NCBI GenBank assembly: GCA_963663025.1
Contig: OY760073.1
Span: 362,538 to 426,537, forward strand
DNA from: Dehalococcoidia bacterium
GTDB lineage: Bacteria > Chloroflexota > Dehalococcoidia > Lucifugimonadales > JAGWBF01
Length of the DNA: 64,000 nucleotides
Direction: 5' to 3'
Shown here piece by piece: positions 42,506 to 52,040 of this stretch (position 1 is the stretch's first letter; every line of letters begins with the position of its first letter). The notes under the pieces are model-generated. The model did no database searches. It was not told the origin of the DNA and was given only the letters and a program-made list of their open reading frames with translations. Position numbers and translations under genes: made by a program.

Positions 42506-42577
42506 TGGGCCCGCCAGGAATCGAACCTGGGACCCGCCGGTTATGAGCCGGCTGCTCTGCCGCTGAGCTACGGGCCC
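42506..42577 (-). tRNA. tRNA with CAT anticodon, most likely tRNA-Ile2; CCA not encoded
   Basis: GGGCCCGTAGCTCAGCGGCAGAGCAGCCGGCTCATAACCGGCGGGTCCCAGGTTCGATTCCTGGCGGGCCCA cloverleaf; paired G1-C72 excludes the initiator. Confidence 0.92.
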
Positions 42578-42672
42578 GTGAGTGTGGAAGCGACCTTGAA
42601 GTGCGTGGAGGGGACAGATTCAGGTTACTTCAGGCCCCTATAGGTGTCAAGGAAGTGGCGGGCCGGGTGCTG

Positions 42673-42836
42673 CTGGCCGTTCCCCTTCGATTTCCCCCTT
42701 CGAGAGCCTCAGGACAGGCTCAGGGCGAACGGCCAGTCGTAGGTGCGCCGCAGTAGGTTCCCGCGTGCGCGGGAATGACGACATTACTGCCAGCGCTCCA
42801 GGCTTTCCTGGATTGCGGCCTTCGCCGCAATGACGG
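42673..42836. repeat. cluster of REP-like palindromic elements
   Basis: ccgttccccttcga...ctcagggcgaacgg; ttcccgcgtgcgcgggaatgac; ggattgcggccttcgccgcaatgacg. Confidence 0.8.
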
Positions 42837-43081
42837 GAGGGGCCGGGTCGGCCCTCGTTACGCCCAGCTTTTACCCGGACCTACGCGTTCGCCCTGGTCT
42901 GGGTTGCGAGGTTCGACCCTCAGCGCTGCCAGCGTCCAAATTGGAACAAGTACCGGTGTTGAGATAGCCATTATTAATTGATATGTCGTATCGTTCTAAT
43001 ATGATATACTTTCGCTGACTGTGTATGAGATAGTGCGATTAGATATCATAAGCGAGCTTCACGATTTCACTTCCAAGATTT

Positions 43082-43279
43082 ATGTTTGCGCTGGGTACCC
43101 TGCGATTAGGTCGCTCTTCCCAAGAGAGCATTAGCCGAACTCTTGGAGCAGGGGGTTTCACAATCGAAGCGCCCGGAGAAGATTCGCCTTCGGTGGTAAG
43201 GACAACGGCATATTGCACCGCCAAACTTCCTCCCGAGGCGCGAGTGGTGCTGCAAGTGCCTGAGATTGGGGGCCCCTGA
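43082..43279 (+). CDS. possible small hypothetical protein
   Basis: ORF ends immediately before the GAGGAGG RBS of the next gene; no motif recognised. Confidence 0.3.
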   Translation: MFALGTLRLGRSSQESISRTLGAGGFTIEAPGEDSPSVVRTTAYCTAKLPPEARVVLQVPEIGGP

Positions 43280-43288
43280 GGAGGCATT

Positions 43289-43777
43289 ATGTGGTGGTTC
43301 AAACAAGCGGTACTCCGTACGACTTCCTCTGATGTCCAGGTAATGCACCCCTGGTTTTTGGACTACGAGCAGCTGGAGCCAGGGGTCAGGGAGTTGGTGC
43401 GGACTCTAAACCAGACGGACCTGGTAGAAACCCTCTCCTCCTGCGAAGGTCACCCGGAGTTTCCAGATTGGTGGGAGGTCACCGGAGGAACGGCCTACGT
43501 TCTGTGCCTGGTGACCAGACCCAGCCTATGGGACCGGGTGCTGCATCGATTACAGCAGCTGGCCCAGGGCTGGAAGGAAGTCCAGTTGATCGTGCGAGAT
43601 GACCTGGATCAGTCGGAGCAGTGGCTGGGGTTTCAAGTCATCCATGTCCAACCGGAAACTGCGCGCAACTACCTGGACCAAGCCATTGGCCAGGCTAACG
43701 AGTTGATTAGAGAGTACTTGGACCACGACGTCATTGCCATGACCTCAGGACGAGGTGGACTGAAGGGCCGTGTGTAG
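43289..43777 (+). CDS. hypothetical protein with TYW3-like T-x-SSC-x-GH motif
   Basis: GAGGAGG RBS; LEPGVRELVRTLNQTDLVETLSSCEGH. Confidence 0.75.
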   Translation: MWWFKQAVLRTTSSDVQVMHPWFLDYEQLEPGVRELVRTLNQTDLVETLSSCEGHPEFPDWWEVTGGTAYVLCLVTRPSLWDRVLHRLQQLAQGWKEVQLIVRDDLDQSEQWLGFQVIHVQPETARNYLDQAIGQANELIREYLDHDVIAMTSGRGGLKGRV

Positions 43778-43853
43778 CGAAACGGTCCTCACAGCCTGTT
43801 AGTGGGTGAAGTCCAGGCTAGGAGAAGTGCCAACAGATCGACGGAGGTGTTCC

Positions 43854-44039
43854 ATGGAGGGACTGACTGCTTACTGCTTACCGCTCCGCAGAAGGTGCGA
43901 GATCCTGGAACCCAGTTTGGTGACCCTAAAGAATGGTCGAAAGGCGGTACGGGGCAAGGCCAAAGATGCTCCCCAGTTCACCGTGTTCCGAATCTTGAGC
44001 GACTCTGAAGCGAAGCAATTGGAGTCTACGCTCAGCTAA
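43854..44039 (+). CDS. small basic DUF5679-like protein
   Basis: GGAGGT RBS; AYC...EI..P..VTLKNGR.A.RG......VFRI pattern. Confidence 0.72.
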   Translation: MEGLTAYCLPLRRRCEILEPSLVTLKNGRKAVRGKAKDAPQFTVFRILSDSEAKQLESTLS

Positions 44040-44052
44040 CTGAACGGGACTC

Positions 44053-44481
44053 AGGATCGCGTCCTTTGCCGCAATGACGACGTGGCCTTGCGACACACCG
44101 AGGATCCGCCTGTCTTGGACTGTCCGTTCGCCCTGAGGGAAATCGAAGGGGAACGGGCAGCCGTAGTCCTTCTTCCTGCCATTGGAGTCCCCCTCACCCC
44201 AACCCTCTCCCCCAGGGGCGAGGGGGTAAATATATCCCCCTCCCTTGATGGGAGGGGATTAAGGGGAGGGTGATACGCCTTCCAGGGCGAGGGAGCCAAA
44301 TCTTCCCCCTCACCCCAACCTTCTCCCGCCAGCCCATCCCCGTCACTGACTCACCGGCCGTTCGCCCTGAGGGAAATCGAAGGGGAACGGGCAGTCGTAG
44401 TCGTTGATCGTGCCCTTCGAGAGCCTCAGAGCAGCCTCAGGGCGAACGGACCCCTTAGACGACCGCCAGGGGCGAGGGGGT
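44053..44481. repeat. dense mosaic cluster of REP-like elements
   Basis: 37-nt exact direct repeat at 44124-44160 and 44358-44394; cccctcaccccaacc-type hairpins; gccgcaatgacg. Confidence 0.85.
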
Positions 44482-44491
44482 TAGGCGTGCG

Positions 44492-45868
44492 TCAGGGGAT
44501 GCCGAGCTTGGCTTTGTAGTCCTCGTCTCGGCCTGCCAGGCGCCCCATCGCTATCTGCTCCTCGAAGGTACCCGGCACGTTGGGCTCTCCCCGCGTGGGC
44601 GCGGAAGCGACGGTGCCCTCCTCCACGAGGGTTTCGTACTCCCCGGAGGGTGCGCCCAGGAGCTGGGTGATGATGTCCTGATTGTCCTGCCCAAAGGCGG
44701 GGGCCGGCCCCTGGATGCTCACGTCGCTCCTGGAGAACCGGTAGGGGCGGCCCACAAAGGGCCGGGTGCCGATGTCCCGCTCCTCGGGGAAGGTTGCCGT
44801 CTCCAGGAAGCCCCGAGCCTTGAAGTGGGGGTCCAGGTGGGTGTCCCGGTTGAGGAACACCGGGCTTGCCGCAATCCCCACCCCCTGCAGCTTCTCCATC
44901 AGGGCGTACCGGTCGTGGCCGACGGTCCACTGGGCAATGGCGGTGTCCAGCTCATCGTGGTGCTCCTGACGGCCCGAAAGCGTGGCGAAGCGTCCATCGG
45001 CCAGCAGGTCCGGGCGGCCCATCAGCTTTGCCAGCGCCTCCCACTGCTGATCTGAACCCACGGACAGCACCACCCACTGGTCTTGGCCCTTGGCGGGGTA
45101 GCAGCCCTGGGGGGCGCGTTGGGGATGGCGGTTGCCGATGCGCTCGCCCAACCTGCCGTTCACCATGTAGTCCATGATGTACTCGGAGATGAACATAGCC
45201 CCCGACTGGTACATGGCCAAATCCACCCACTGGCCCTTGCCAGTGCGGTTGCGGTACCGCAGGGCCGCCGATATAGCGAAGATGGCGGACCAGGTGGACA
45301 GGAAGTCCACGTAGGAGGCCCCGACCTTGGACGGCGGGCCGCCCACGTACCCGGAGACCCAACAGTGCCCGTGGGTGCCCTCCTGGGTGGTGGCCTGGGC
45401 CGGGTATTCGGAGTAGGGGCCGTCCCCGTGGCCGTAGCCGGTGTTGGACACCATGATCAGGTCGGGCTTGATGTCCCGCAGGCTGGCGTAGTCCAAGCCC
45501 CAGTTTTTCATGACCCTGGGGGTGTAGTTCTCCATCACAACGTCGGAGATGGCGACCAGCTCCTGGAATATCTGGCGTGCCTCGGGCTTGGTCAGGTCCA
45601 GGGTCAGGGAGCGCTTCCCTCGGTGCAGCAGGTTGTAGGTGGAAGCCCGGTTCCACCAGTCCGCGCCCACCTCACCGTCGGGGAAGCAGCCAGCGAAGCC
45701 CCCGGTCCGGGAAACGTCGGGGCGGCCTGGTCCCTCCACCTTGATTACGTCGGCCCCCAGGTCGGCCAGCAGGCCGCCGGCGTAGGGCAGGGCGAAGACG
45801 TAGGTGGAGTCCAGGACCCGAATGCCTTCCAAGGGCTTAGAGGTGGGAAGTTTGTCAGTGGAGCCCAA
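44492..45868 (-). CDS. family III CoA-transferase (CaiB/BaiF)
   Basis: PLEGIRVLD, LADLGADVIKVE, HRGKRSLTLDL, DVVMENY, SYVD with catalytic Asp, GPAPAFGQDN. Confidence 0.93.
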   Translation of the reverse strand: MGSTDKLPTSKPLEGIRVLDSTYVFALPYAGGLLADLGADVIKVEGPGRPDVSRTGGFAGCFPDGEVGADWWNRASTYNLLHRGKRSLTLDLTKPEARQIFQELVAISDVVMENYTPRVMKNWGLDYASLRDIKPDLIMVSNTGYGHGDGPYSEYPAQATTQEGTHGHCWVSGYVGGPPSKVGASYVDFLSTWSAIFAISAALRYRNRTGKGQWVDLAMYQSGAMFISEYIMDYMVNGRLGERIGNRHPQRAPQGCYPAKGQDQWVVLSVGSDQQWEALAKLMGRPDLLADGRFATLSGRQEHHDELDTAIAQWTVGHDRYALMEKLQGVGIAASPVFLNRDTHLDPHFKARGFLETATFPEERDIGTRPFVGRPYRFSRSDVSIQGPAPAFGQDNQDIITQLLGAPSGEYETLVEEGTVASAPTRGEPNVPGTFEEQIAMGRLAGRDEDYKAKLGIP

Positions 45869-45878
45869 CGCTGCTTTC

Positions 45879-47072
45879 CTAAATGGTTCCTGTCTCACGC
45901 CACCGAGCCAGCTCATCTTCGGATGTTCCCATCTCGTTGCAGTACACGTCGGTGTTGTGCTGACCAAGAGTGGGGGCGCAGTGGCGCAGGCTGTAGGGCG
46001 TAAGGCTGAGGTTGAAGAGCACCGCGGGGACCTTCAGCGGGCCCATGACGGGGTGCTCGATGTCTCTGTAGAAGTCCCTGGACTCGAGCTGGGGGCAGCG
46101 GGCCAGCTCCTCGGGGGTCTGCACCAAGCCGAAGAGCATGCGCATCTTCGACGCCTTGGCAAAGAGGTCCCACTTGCCTTTGTCCTTGATGGCATCCACC
46201 AGCAGGGCGTCCAGCTCCTCCCCGTTCTCGTTGCGCAGGGTCTGGTTGCTGAAGCGGTGCTCCTTGAGTATGGGCTGCTCGTAGAAGTCGGCGATGTCGT
46301 CCCAGGTGGCGCCGCCTCCTGCCTGGTTCAGCACCCAGCCGTCGGCGCAGGGCATGGGCTGGCCGAACTGGGTGCCCAGGGGCTTGCGCCGGGGCTGGAT
46401 CGCGCCTGTGAAGCTGTACATGGACTGGTTGCCGATCATGGTCGAGCTGACGCACTCGACGGTGGATACATCGACATGCTGTCCGACGCCCAGGTTGGTC
46501 TGCACCAGCAGGGCCACGGCGGTGGCGCCCGCGGCGTTGAGGCCGGCCTCGTACTGCGCCTGGAACCCGCCATGCTTAAGGGGCTCTCGGTCGGCGGTGC
46601 CGCTGATGCTCATGATGGCCCCCATGGCGTAGTCCACGATCTCCTCGCCCTCGTACTGGCTGTAGGGGCCGTTCTGGCCGAAGTGGGTGACGGATGTCAT
46701 GACCAGGCCGGGGTTGATGGACTCCAGGTCATCGTACCCCAGGCCGAGGGTGGACAGGTAGCTTGGCTTGTAGCTCTCGACGACCACGTCGGCGCCTTCA
46801 GCCAGCTTCTTGAAGAGAGCAGGGCCTTCAAGGGCCTCCAGGTTCAGGGTGATGCCGCGCTTGTTCAGGTTGGCGATCAGGAAGAAGAGGCTCTTTTCGG
46901 GGTGGGGATCATCCTTGAAGAAGGGGCCCATCCGCCTCAGGTCTGCTCCGGAGGAAGGCTCCACCTTGACGACGTCGGCGCCGTAATCCCCCAGGAGCCG
47001 GGCGCAGAAGCTGCCGGCGATGTCCTGGCTGATATCCAGCACCTTGACCCCCTCTAAGATGCCTCCGTCCAT
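45879..47072 (-). CDS. family III CoA-transferase (CaiB/BaiF), probably non-catalytic subunit
   Basis: LEGVKVLD, GDYGADVVKVEP, NLNKRGITLNL, APTLGQHN; AQYEAG at the catalytic Asp position. Confidence 0.92.
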   Translation of the reverse strand: MDGGILEGVKVLDISQDIAGSFCARLLGDYGADVVKVEPSSGADLRRMGPFFKDDPHPEKSLFFLIANLNKRGITLNLEALEGPALFKKLAEGADVVVESYKPSYLSTLGLGYDDLESINPGLVMTSVTHFGQNGPYSQYEGEEIVDYAMGAIMSISGTADREPLKHGGFQAQYEAGLNAAGATAVALLVQTNLGVGQHVDVSTVECVSSTMIGNQSMYSFTGAIQPRRKPLGTQFGQPMPCADGWVLNQAGGGATWDDIADFYEQPILKEHRFSNQTLRNENGEELDALLVDAIKDKGKWDLFAKASKMRMLFGLVQTPEELARCPQLESRDFYRDIEHPVMGPLKVPAVLFNLSLTPYSLRHCAPTLGQHNTDVYCNEMGTSEDELARWRETGTI

Positions 47073-47289
47073 GCACCCTTCCTGGACAAAATAGGGCGAC
47101 CAAGCGGCCGCCGGAAACAAGCGAAGGGGATTTTATAGCAAGCCTACAGGCAAGGCAAACGATTTATCTTTACGTCCACAGGGGCAGTTGTTACTATGTT
47201 TCAGGCTACACGCCCGCTGCCGGAGGCTGCAATACTCCCCTCTATTTGGGAACCACCGGACCAGCATCGCTACCAGGGAGGTCAGATAG

Positions 47290-48627
47290 TTGCCCCGCTA
47301 CCTTGAGCAGCCCGAGATGGGCAAAATCCTCTCCTTATCCAAGAGGAGGGGATTCGTTTTTCAGAGCAGCGAGATCTACGGGGGGCTGAACGCCACCTGG
47401 GACTACGGCCCCCTGGGCGTCGAGCTGAAGCGCAACGTCAAGGACGCTTGGTGGCGCTCCGTGGTGCACGAGCGGGACGATGTGGTCGGCCTGGATGCGG
47501 CTATCCTCATGAACCCCCAGGTGTGGGTCACCAGCGGCCACGTCGAGAGCTTCTCGGACCCCCTGGTGGAGTGCCGTGAGTGCCACCGGCGCTTCCGGCT
47601 GGAGGATTTGCCTGACGGATCGGCCTGCCCCGACTGCGGCGGCCCGCTGACGGACCCCAGGCAGTTCAACCTGATGTTCAAGACCTTCATGGGCCCCACC
47701 GAGGACTCAGCCAACCCGGTGTATCTGCGCCCCGAGACCGCCCAGGGCATATTCGTCAACTTCGGCAATGTCCTGGTGTCGTCCCGGCGCAAGCTCCCCT
47801 TTGGCATCGCCCAGATAGGCAAGGCCTTCAGGAACGAGATCACCCCCGGGAACTTCACCTTCAGGACCCGGGAGTTCGAGCAGATGGAGATCGAGTACTT
47901 CGTCAAGCCGGGCACCGACGATGACTGGCTGGACTCCTGGGTGAAGGAGCGGATGGCTTGGTACGTACGCTACGGCATCCGCGAGGAGAACCTGCGCCTG
48001 CGTCGCCATGGTGAGGATGAGCTGGCCCACTATGCCCGGGACTGCTACGACATCCAGTACAGGTTTCCCTGGGGCTGGGGCGAGCTGGAGGGCATCGCCA
48101 ACCGCACCGACTACGACCTGAAGCACCACGGCGAAGCCAGCGGCGACGACCTGACCTACTTCGATGATGCCGAAAAGGAGCGCTACTACCCCTACGTCAT
48201 CGAGCCGTCGGGGGGCGTGGACAGGGCGGCCCTGGCTTTCCTGCTGGATGCCTACGACGAAGAGCCCGAGGGCCAGGACACCGACAAGGCAGAGGTGCGG
48301 GTTGTCCTGAAGTTTCACAAGGACATCGCCCCCTACAAGGTGGCCCTCCTCCCCCTTAGCCGTAATGAGAGGCTGGTGCCCACCGCCCGGCGGGTGTTCG
48401 AGATGGTGAGGCGCCGTTTCGCCGCCCAGTACGACGACTCCCAGAGCATTGGACGCCGGTACCGGCGCCAGGATGAGATAGGCACGCCCTACTGCGTCAC
48501 GGTGGACTTCGACACCCTGGAGGACGAAGCCGTCACTATCCGGGACCGGGACACCATGGAGCAGGAGCGGGTGCCAATCGAAAGCCTGGTCAGCGCTCTG
48601 TCAGACAGGCTGGAAGAAGGCCGATGA
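47290..48627 (+). CDS. glyQS: glycine--tRNA ligase (homodimeric type)
   Basis: KRRGFVFQSSEIYGG, YLRPETAQGIF, FRNEITP, FRTREFEQME, ELEGIANR, IGRRYRRQDEIGTP. Confidence 0.97.
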   Translation: MPRYLEQPEMGKILSLSKRRGFVFQSSEIYGGLNATWDYGPLGVELKRNVKDAWWRSVVHERDDVVGLDAAILMNPQVWVTSGHVESFSDPLVECRECHRRFRLEDLPDGSACPDCGGPLTDPRQFNLMFKTFMGPTEDSANPVYLRPETAQGIFVNFGNVLVSSRRKLPFGIAQIGKAFRNEITPGNFTFRTREFEQMEIEYFVKPGTDDDWLDSWVKERMAWYVRYGIREENLRLRRHGEDELAHYARDCYDIQYRFPWGWGELEGIANRTDYDLKHHGEASGDDLTYFDDAEKERYYPYVIEPSGGVDRAALAFLLDAYDEEPEGQDTDKAEVRVVLKFHKDIAPYKVALLPLSRNERLVPTARRVFEMVRRRFAAQYDDSQSIGRRYRRQDEIGTPYCVTVDFDTLEDEAVTIRDRDTMEQERVPIESLVSALSDRLEEGR

Positions 48628-48647
48628 TGGCTGTGGGGTTGTAGCCG

Positions 48648-49934
48648 ATGCGAATACTCCACTTCTCGGACCTGCACATCGGCGTGGAAAACCACGGCCA
48701 GACCGACCCGGATACCGGGCTGTCCACCAGGCTCCTGGACTTTCTCGCTGCCCTGGACGAGGTGGTGGAGTACGCCCTGAACAACGGCGTAGACCTGGTG
48801 CTTCTGGCCGGGGACGCGTACAAGGGCCGCGACCCATCCCAGACCCACCAGCGGGAGCTAGCCGTCCGGCTGTCCCGGCTGGCCGAAGCCGGTATTTCGA
48901 CCTTCCTCCTAGTGGGAAACCATGACCTTCCCCACGCTGTGGGCAGGGCTACGTCCGTCGAGATCTTCGGCACCCTGCAGGTCCCCAACCTTCACGTGGG
49001 CAGCGACCTCCGCACCTACATCGTTCCCACCAAGGCCGGGCCCCTCCAGATCGTGGCATTGCCATGGCCCAACCGCAGCAAGCTACTGGCCCGAGAGGAG
49101 ACCCGGGGGCTTAACATAAGTGAGATCACCCAGGAGATCGAACGGCGCATCACTGAGCACATCCAGATCGCCGTGGATAACCTGGACCCGGCGGTGCCGG
49201 CGGTGTTGTCCGCCCACGTGACCATTAACGGCGCCGTTTCCAGCTCCGAGAAGTCGATGATGGTGGGACGGGACCACACCCTCTTCCCCAGCGCCGTGCA
49301 CAAACCGCAGCTTGACTACATCGCCCTTGGCCACATCCATAAACACCAGGTGCTGGCGGATGCTCCGATGATGGTGTACTCGGGGAGCTTGCAACCTGTG
49401 GATTTCAGCGAGGAGGGGGACGTGAAAGGGTTCTGCGTGGTGGACCTGGACTCGACAGCGCACCAGGGCAGACGCATGACCAGCTACCAGTTCTTTCCCG
49501 TCAAGAGCCGTTCCTTCCTCACCATCGACGTCAAGGTCACCACCGAAGACCTGGACCCCACGAGGAAGGTGGTCCAGGAGATCATGCGGCGGAACATTGC
49601 TGGCGCCATAGTCAGGGTGAGGATATCACTGCCCGCCGAGATGGATGTGCACCTGCGGGATGGGGAGATCAGGGAGGTGCTGAAGGGCGCACACCACCTG
49701 GCCTCCCTGACGAAGGATGTGGAAGGGGAGCGGCGTACCAGGATCTCGGCCGCTGCCGCCGAAGGACTGACCCCGTTAGATGCGCTGCAGATGTTCCTGA
49801 ACGATCGTGGGACCGATGAAGAGAGGCAGCAGAAGCTGTTGACCAAGGCCGAGAGTTTGGTGGCTATGGAGATGGAAGCCTACGGTGAGGGCAGCGCCGA
49901 TGTGCCTGCGGGGTTCGGCGAACCTGCCGGCTAG
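48648..49934 (+). CDS. sbcD: SbcD/Mre11-family nuclease
   Basis: HFSDLHIG, LAGD, VGNHD, LGHIH, YSGS...DFSE. Confidence 0.92.
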   Translation: MRILHFSDLHIGVENHGQTDPDTGLSTRLLDFLAALDEVVEYALNNGVDLVLLAGDAYKGRDPSQTHQRELAVRLSRLAEAGISTFLLVGNHDLPHAVGRATSVEIFGTLQVPNLHVGSDLRTYIVPTKAGPLQIVALPWPNRSKLLAREETRGLNISEITQEIERRITEHIQIAVDNLDPAVPAVLSAHVTINGAVSSSEKSMMVGRDHTLFPSAVHKPQLDYIALGHIHKHQVLADAPMMVYSGSLQPVDFSEEGDVKGFCVVDLDSTAHQGRRMTSYQFFPVKSRSFLTIDVKVTTEDLDPTRKVVQEIMRRNIAGAIVRVRISLPAEMDVHLRDGEIREVLKGAHHLASLTKDVEGERRTRISAAAAEGLTPLDALQMFLNDRGTDEERQQKLLTKAESLVAMEMEAYGEGSADVPAGFGEPAG

Positions 49935-50890
49935 CGTATCTCGTTGATGACCGCCTGGGCCCCTTCCACCAGCCTCTTGACCACCTCGCCGGCATCCAAC
50001 AGCTCAGAGGCCATACCTACGCCCGCGCCGCAGTAAGAGATGCCTTCCAGGTTGCCGTCCAGCACGGCCGAGCGGGCCTGCATGGGACCCATATCCGCAT
50101 CCCACTGTCCGGCCACATCTGCGTCGGCGCTGGGAGCGTCCTCTCGGAGACGAAGGGCGGCGTCGCTCCTGAGCAGCCTCGTGGGACGATGGTATCTGCC
50201 AGCAACAACCGTGCCGGTGTCGATGGCGCCCATGAGGGCGGCCTTGTAGGCGCTGTGGGCCGCGCACTCGGTGGTCACCACGAACCTCGTGCCCATCTGT
50301 ATCCCCTGGGCTCCCAGGGCGAAGGCTGCAACGAACCCCCGGGAATCCATGATCCCTCCCGAAGCGACGACGGGAATGGATATGGACTCCACAATCTGGG
50401 GGATGAGTACAAGGTTGGGATTCTCGTCGGGGCCGCGCATCCCCCCACCTTCGTACCCCTCGGCGATGATGATGTCCACGCCCTGAGACTCAGCGCCCCG
50501 GGCATGGCGGACCGTCGACACTTGGTGGAGCACCCGCACATCGTTGCTCTTCAGCAACCCCGTGAAGAGGGCAGGACTGCCCCCGTAGGTGATAGCTATG
50601 CGTGCGCCTTCTTCTATGGCGACGTTTACGATCTCCTCTATCCTGGGGTTCCCCAGGTAGAAAGCCACGCCGAAGGGATTCCCTGTCAGGCGACGCACCA
50701 ATCGCAGGTTCTGGCGCAGGTTGGCTACGAGGTCGCCGTCGGGAGCCATGACGGCAGTGGGGTGGATGATGCCCAAGCCCCCGGCGTTGGATACGGCGGC
50801 GACAAGCTCAGGATTGGAGATCCACGGCATCCCCGCCTGCAAGATAGGATGGTCTATCGCAAGGATCTTGCCTACCTGGGAGTCCCGCAT
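49931..50890 (-). CDS. nitronate monooxygenase / FabK-like flavoprotein
   Basis: PILQAGM, LVAAVSNAGGLG, EGYEGGG, PVVASGGIMD, GIQMGTRF. Confidence 0.9.
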   Translation of the reverse strand: MRDSQVGKILAIDHPILQAGMPWISNPELVAAVSNAGGLGIIHPTAVMAPDGDLVANLRQNLRLVRRLTGNPFGVAFYLGNPRIEEIVNVAIEEGARIAITYGGSPALFTGLLKSNDVRVLHQVSTVRHARGAESQGVDIIIAEGYEGGGMRGPDENPNLVLIPQIVESISIPVVASGGIMDSRGFVAAFALGAQGIQMGTRFVVTTECAAHSAYKAALMGAIDTGTVVAGRYHRPTRLLRSDAALRLREDAPSADADVAGQWDADMGPMQARSAVLDGNLEGISYCGAGVGMASELLDAGEVVKRLVEGAQAVINEIR

Positions 50891-51134
50891 CCCCCCTCCA
50901 TAGAGCACCAGGTTCCGAGATTGGACAGATTCTAGGAACTAATGCCAGGTGTGTCAACAAGATTCAGGCACCGCCGGCACGGATATCTTGCCTATCTGTG
51001 GATCTTGGAATCTGGTAGCTGCCGGTCCGTCGCGCACATTCCACCTACCCACGCCTCCCCGGTAGAATAGTTTGACTAGCGTCCTGTCCCTTCCTAGAAT
51101 TGCGCGTACCGATGACCGCGCCTCGAACTACCCC

Positions 51135-51620
51135 ATGAGCTTCACCGATGTTCTTCTCCTGGCTATCAGGTGGCTCCATGCCGTTGCGGCTGTGGCGTGG
51201 ATTGGAGGCGGAATATTCTATTTCCTGGTCCTCAGGCCCGCCATCAAGGCTTCGGCTGCCGAGGGCGGGCCCGGCTATGCTGAAGCGGGAAGGCGTTTCC
51301 GGCACCTCGTAGGCACCGCCATGGCGGTACTCATTGTCACAGGCGTCGTGCTTACCGTAAGCCGGCTCACTTCCGAGTACGGGGGCCTTCCCTACATCGT
51401 GGTGCTCGCCATCAAGGTCGGTATGGCTCTCTATATGTTCTACCTCGCCAGGTTCCACCTGAGGCCCGGTAGAATAGATGAGGCCGGTGAGGGGGCAGGA
51501 TGGCTCCGAAAAGCGTACCGGATAGCTACCGGGGCCACCACAGTGCTGGTGCTGGGGGTAATCATATTCCTGCTGGCAGACATCCTGGCTAGCTTGGTGG
51601 AGCAGAGCCTGAAGTCCTAG
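51135..51620 (+). CDS. 4-TM membrane protein, CopD-like N-terminal motif
   Basis: RWLHAVAAVAWIGG...LRP; LAIKV. Confidence 0.75.
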   Translation: MSFTDVLLLAIRWLHAVAAVAWIGGGIFYFLVLRPAIKASAAEGGPGYAEAGRRFRHLVGTAMAVLIVTGVVLTVSRLTSEYGGLPYIVVLAIKVGMALYMFYLARFHLRPGRIDEAGEGAGWLRKAYRIATGATTVLVLGVIIFLLADILASLVEQSLKS

Positions 51621-51676
51621 CCGCGACAGGACGCCGGAGTTGGGCTTGGTTCGGGACGTCGTCATAGGAAGGATGC

Positions 51677-51871
51677 ATGCGCAAAGAGTTGACGGAAATC
51701 CTGGCATGTCCCCTTTGCAAGGGGGCTCTGGAGCTGCGGGTGGATGAGGAGGAAGGGGAGGAGGTTCTTAAAGGGTCTCTGCATTGCAGAAGCTGCCCGG
51801 AGGAGTATCCCATAGAAGACTCGGTCCCAAACCTTCTGCCTCCGGGAATGCGGTCGGAGAAGGCTGAATGA
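51677..51871 (+). CDS. Trm112-family protein
   Basis: EILACPLCKG, C..C...YPIEDSVPNLL. Confidence 0.92.
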   Translation: MRKELTEILACPLCKGALELRVDEEEGEEVLKGSLHCRSCPEEYPIEDSVPNLLPPGMRSEKAE

Positions 51872-51911
51872 AGCTCACCAAAAATCTGTATGGAGAGCTA
51901 CATTTCAGACC

Positions 51912-51941
51912 TTGACATAGGCAAAAGGTTCCCACTATGAT
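51912..51941 (+). promoter_or_regulatory. sigma70-type promoter
   Basis: TTGACA-N18-TATGAT upstream of the 52041 gene. Confidence 0.55.
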
Positions 51942-52040
51942 TGTCGTTGACCTTGCGCCTAGCAATGCTATGTGGCAAGCTTTAGAAACAAAAGTCAGTG
52001 CTGTTGGCACCAGTGTGATGATGTGGACTAAGGAGGTCTG

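Noticed and set aside
47121-47289. T-box riboswitch upstream of glyQS
   Set aside because: Leader is short and shared with a divergent gene; no T-box consensus or terminator recognised
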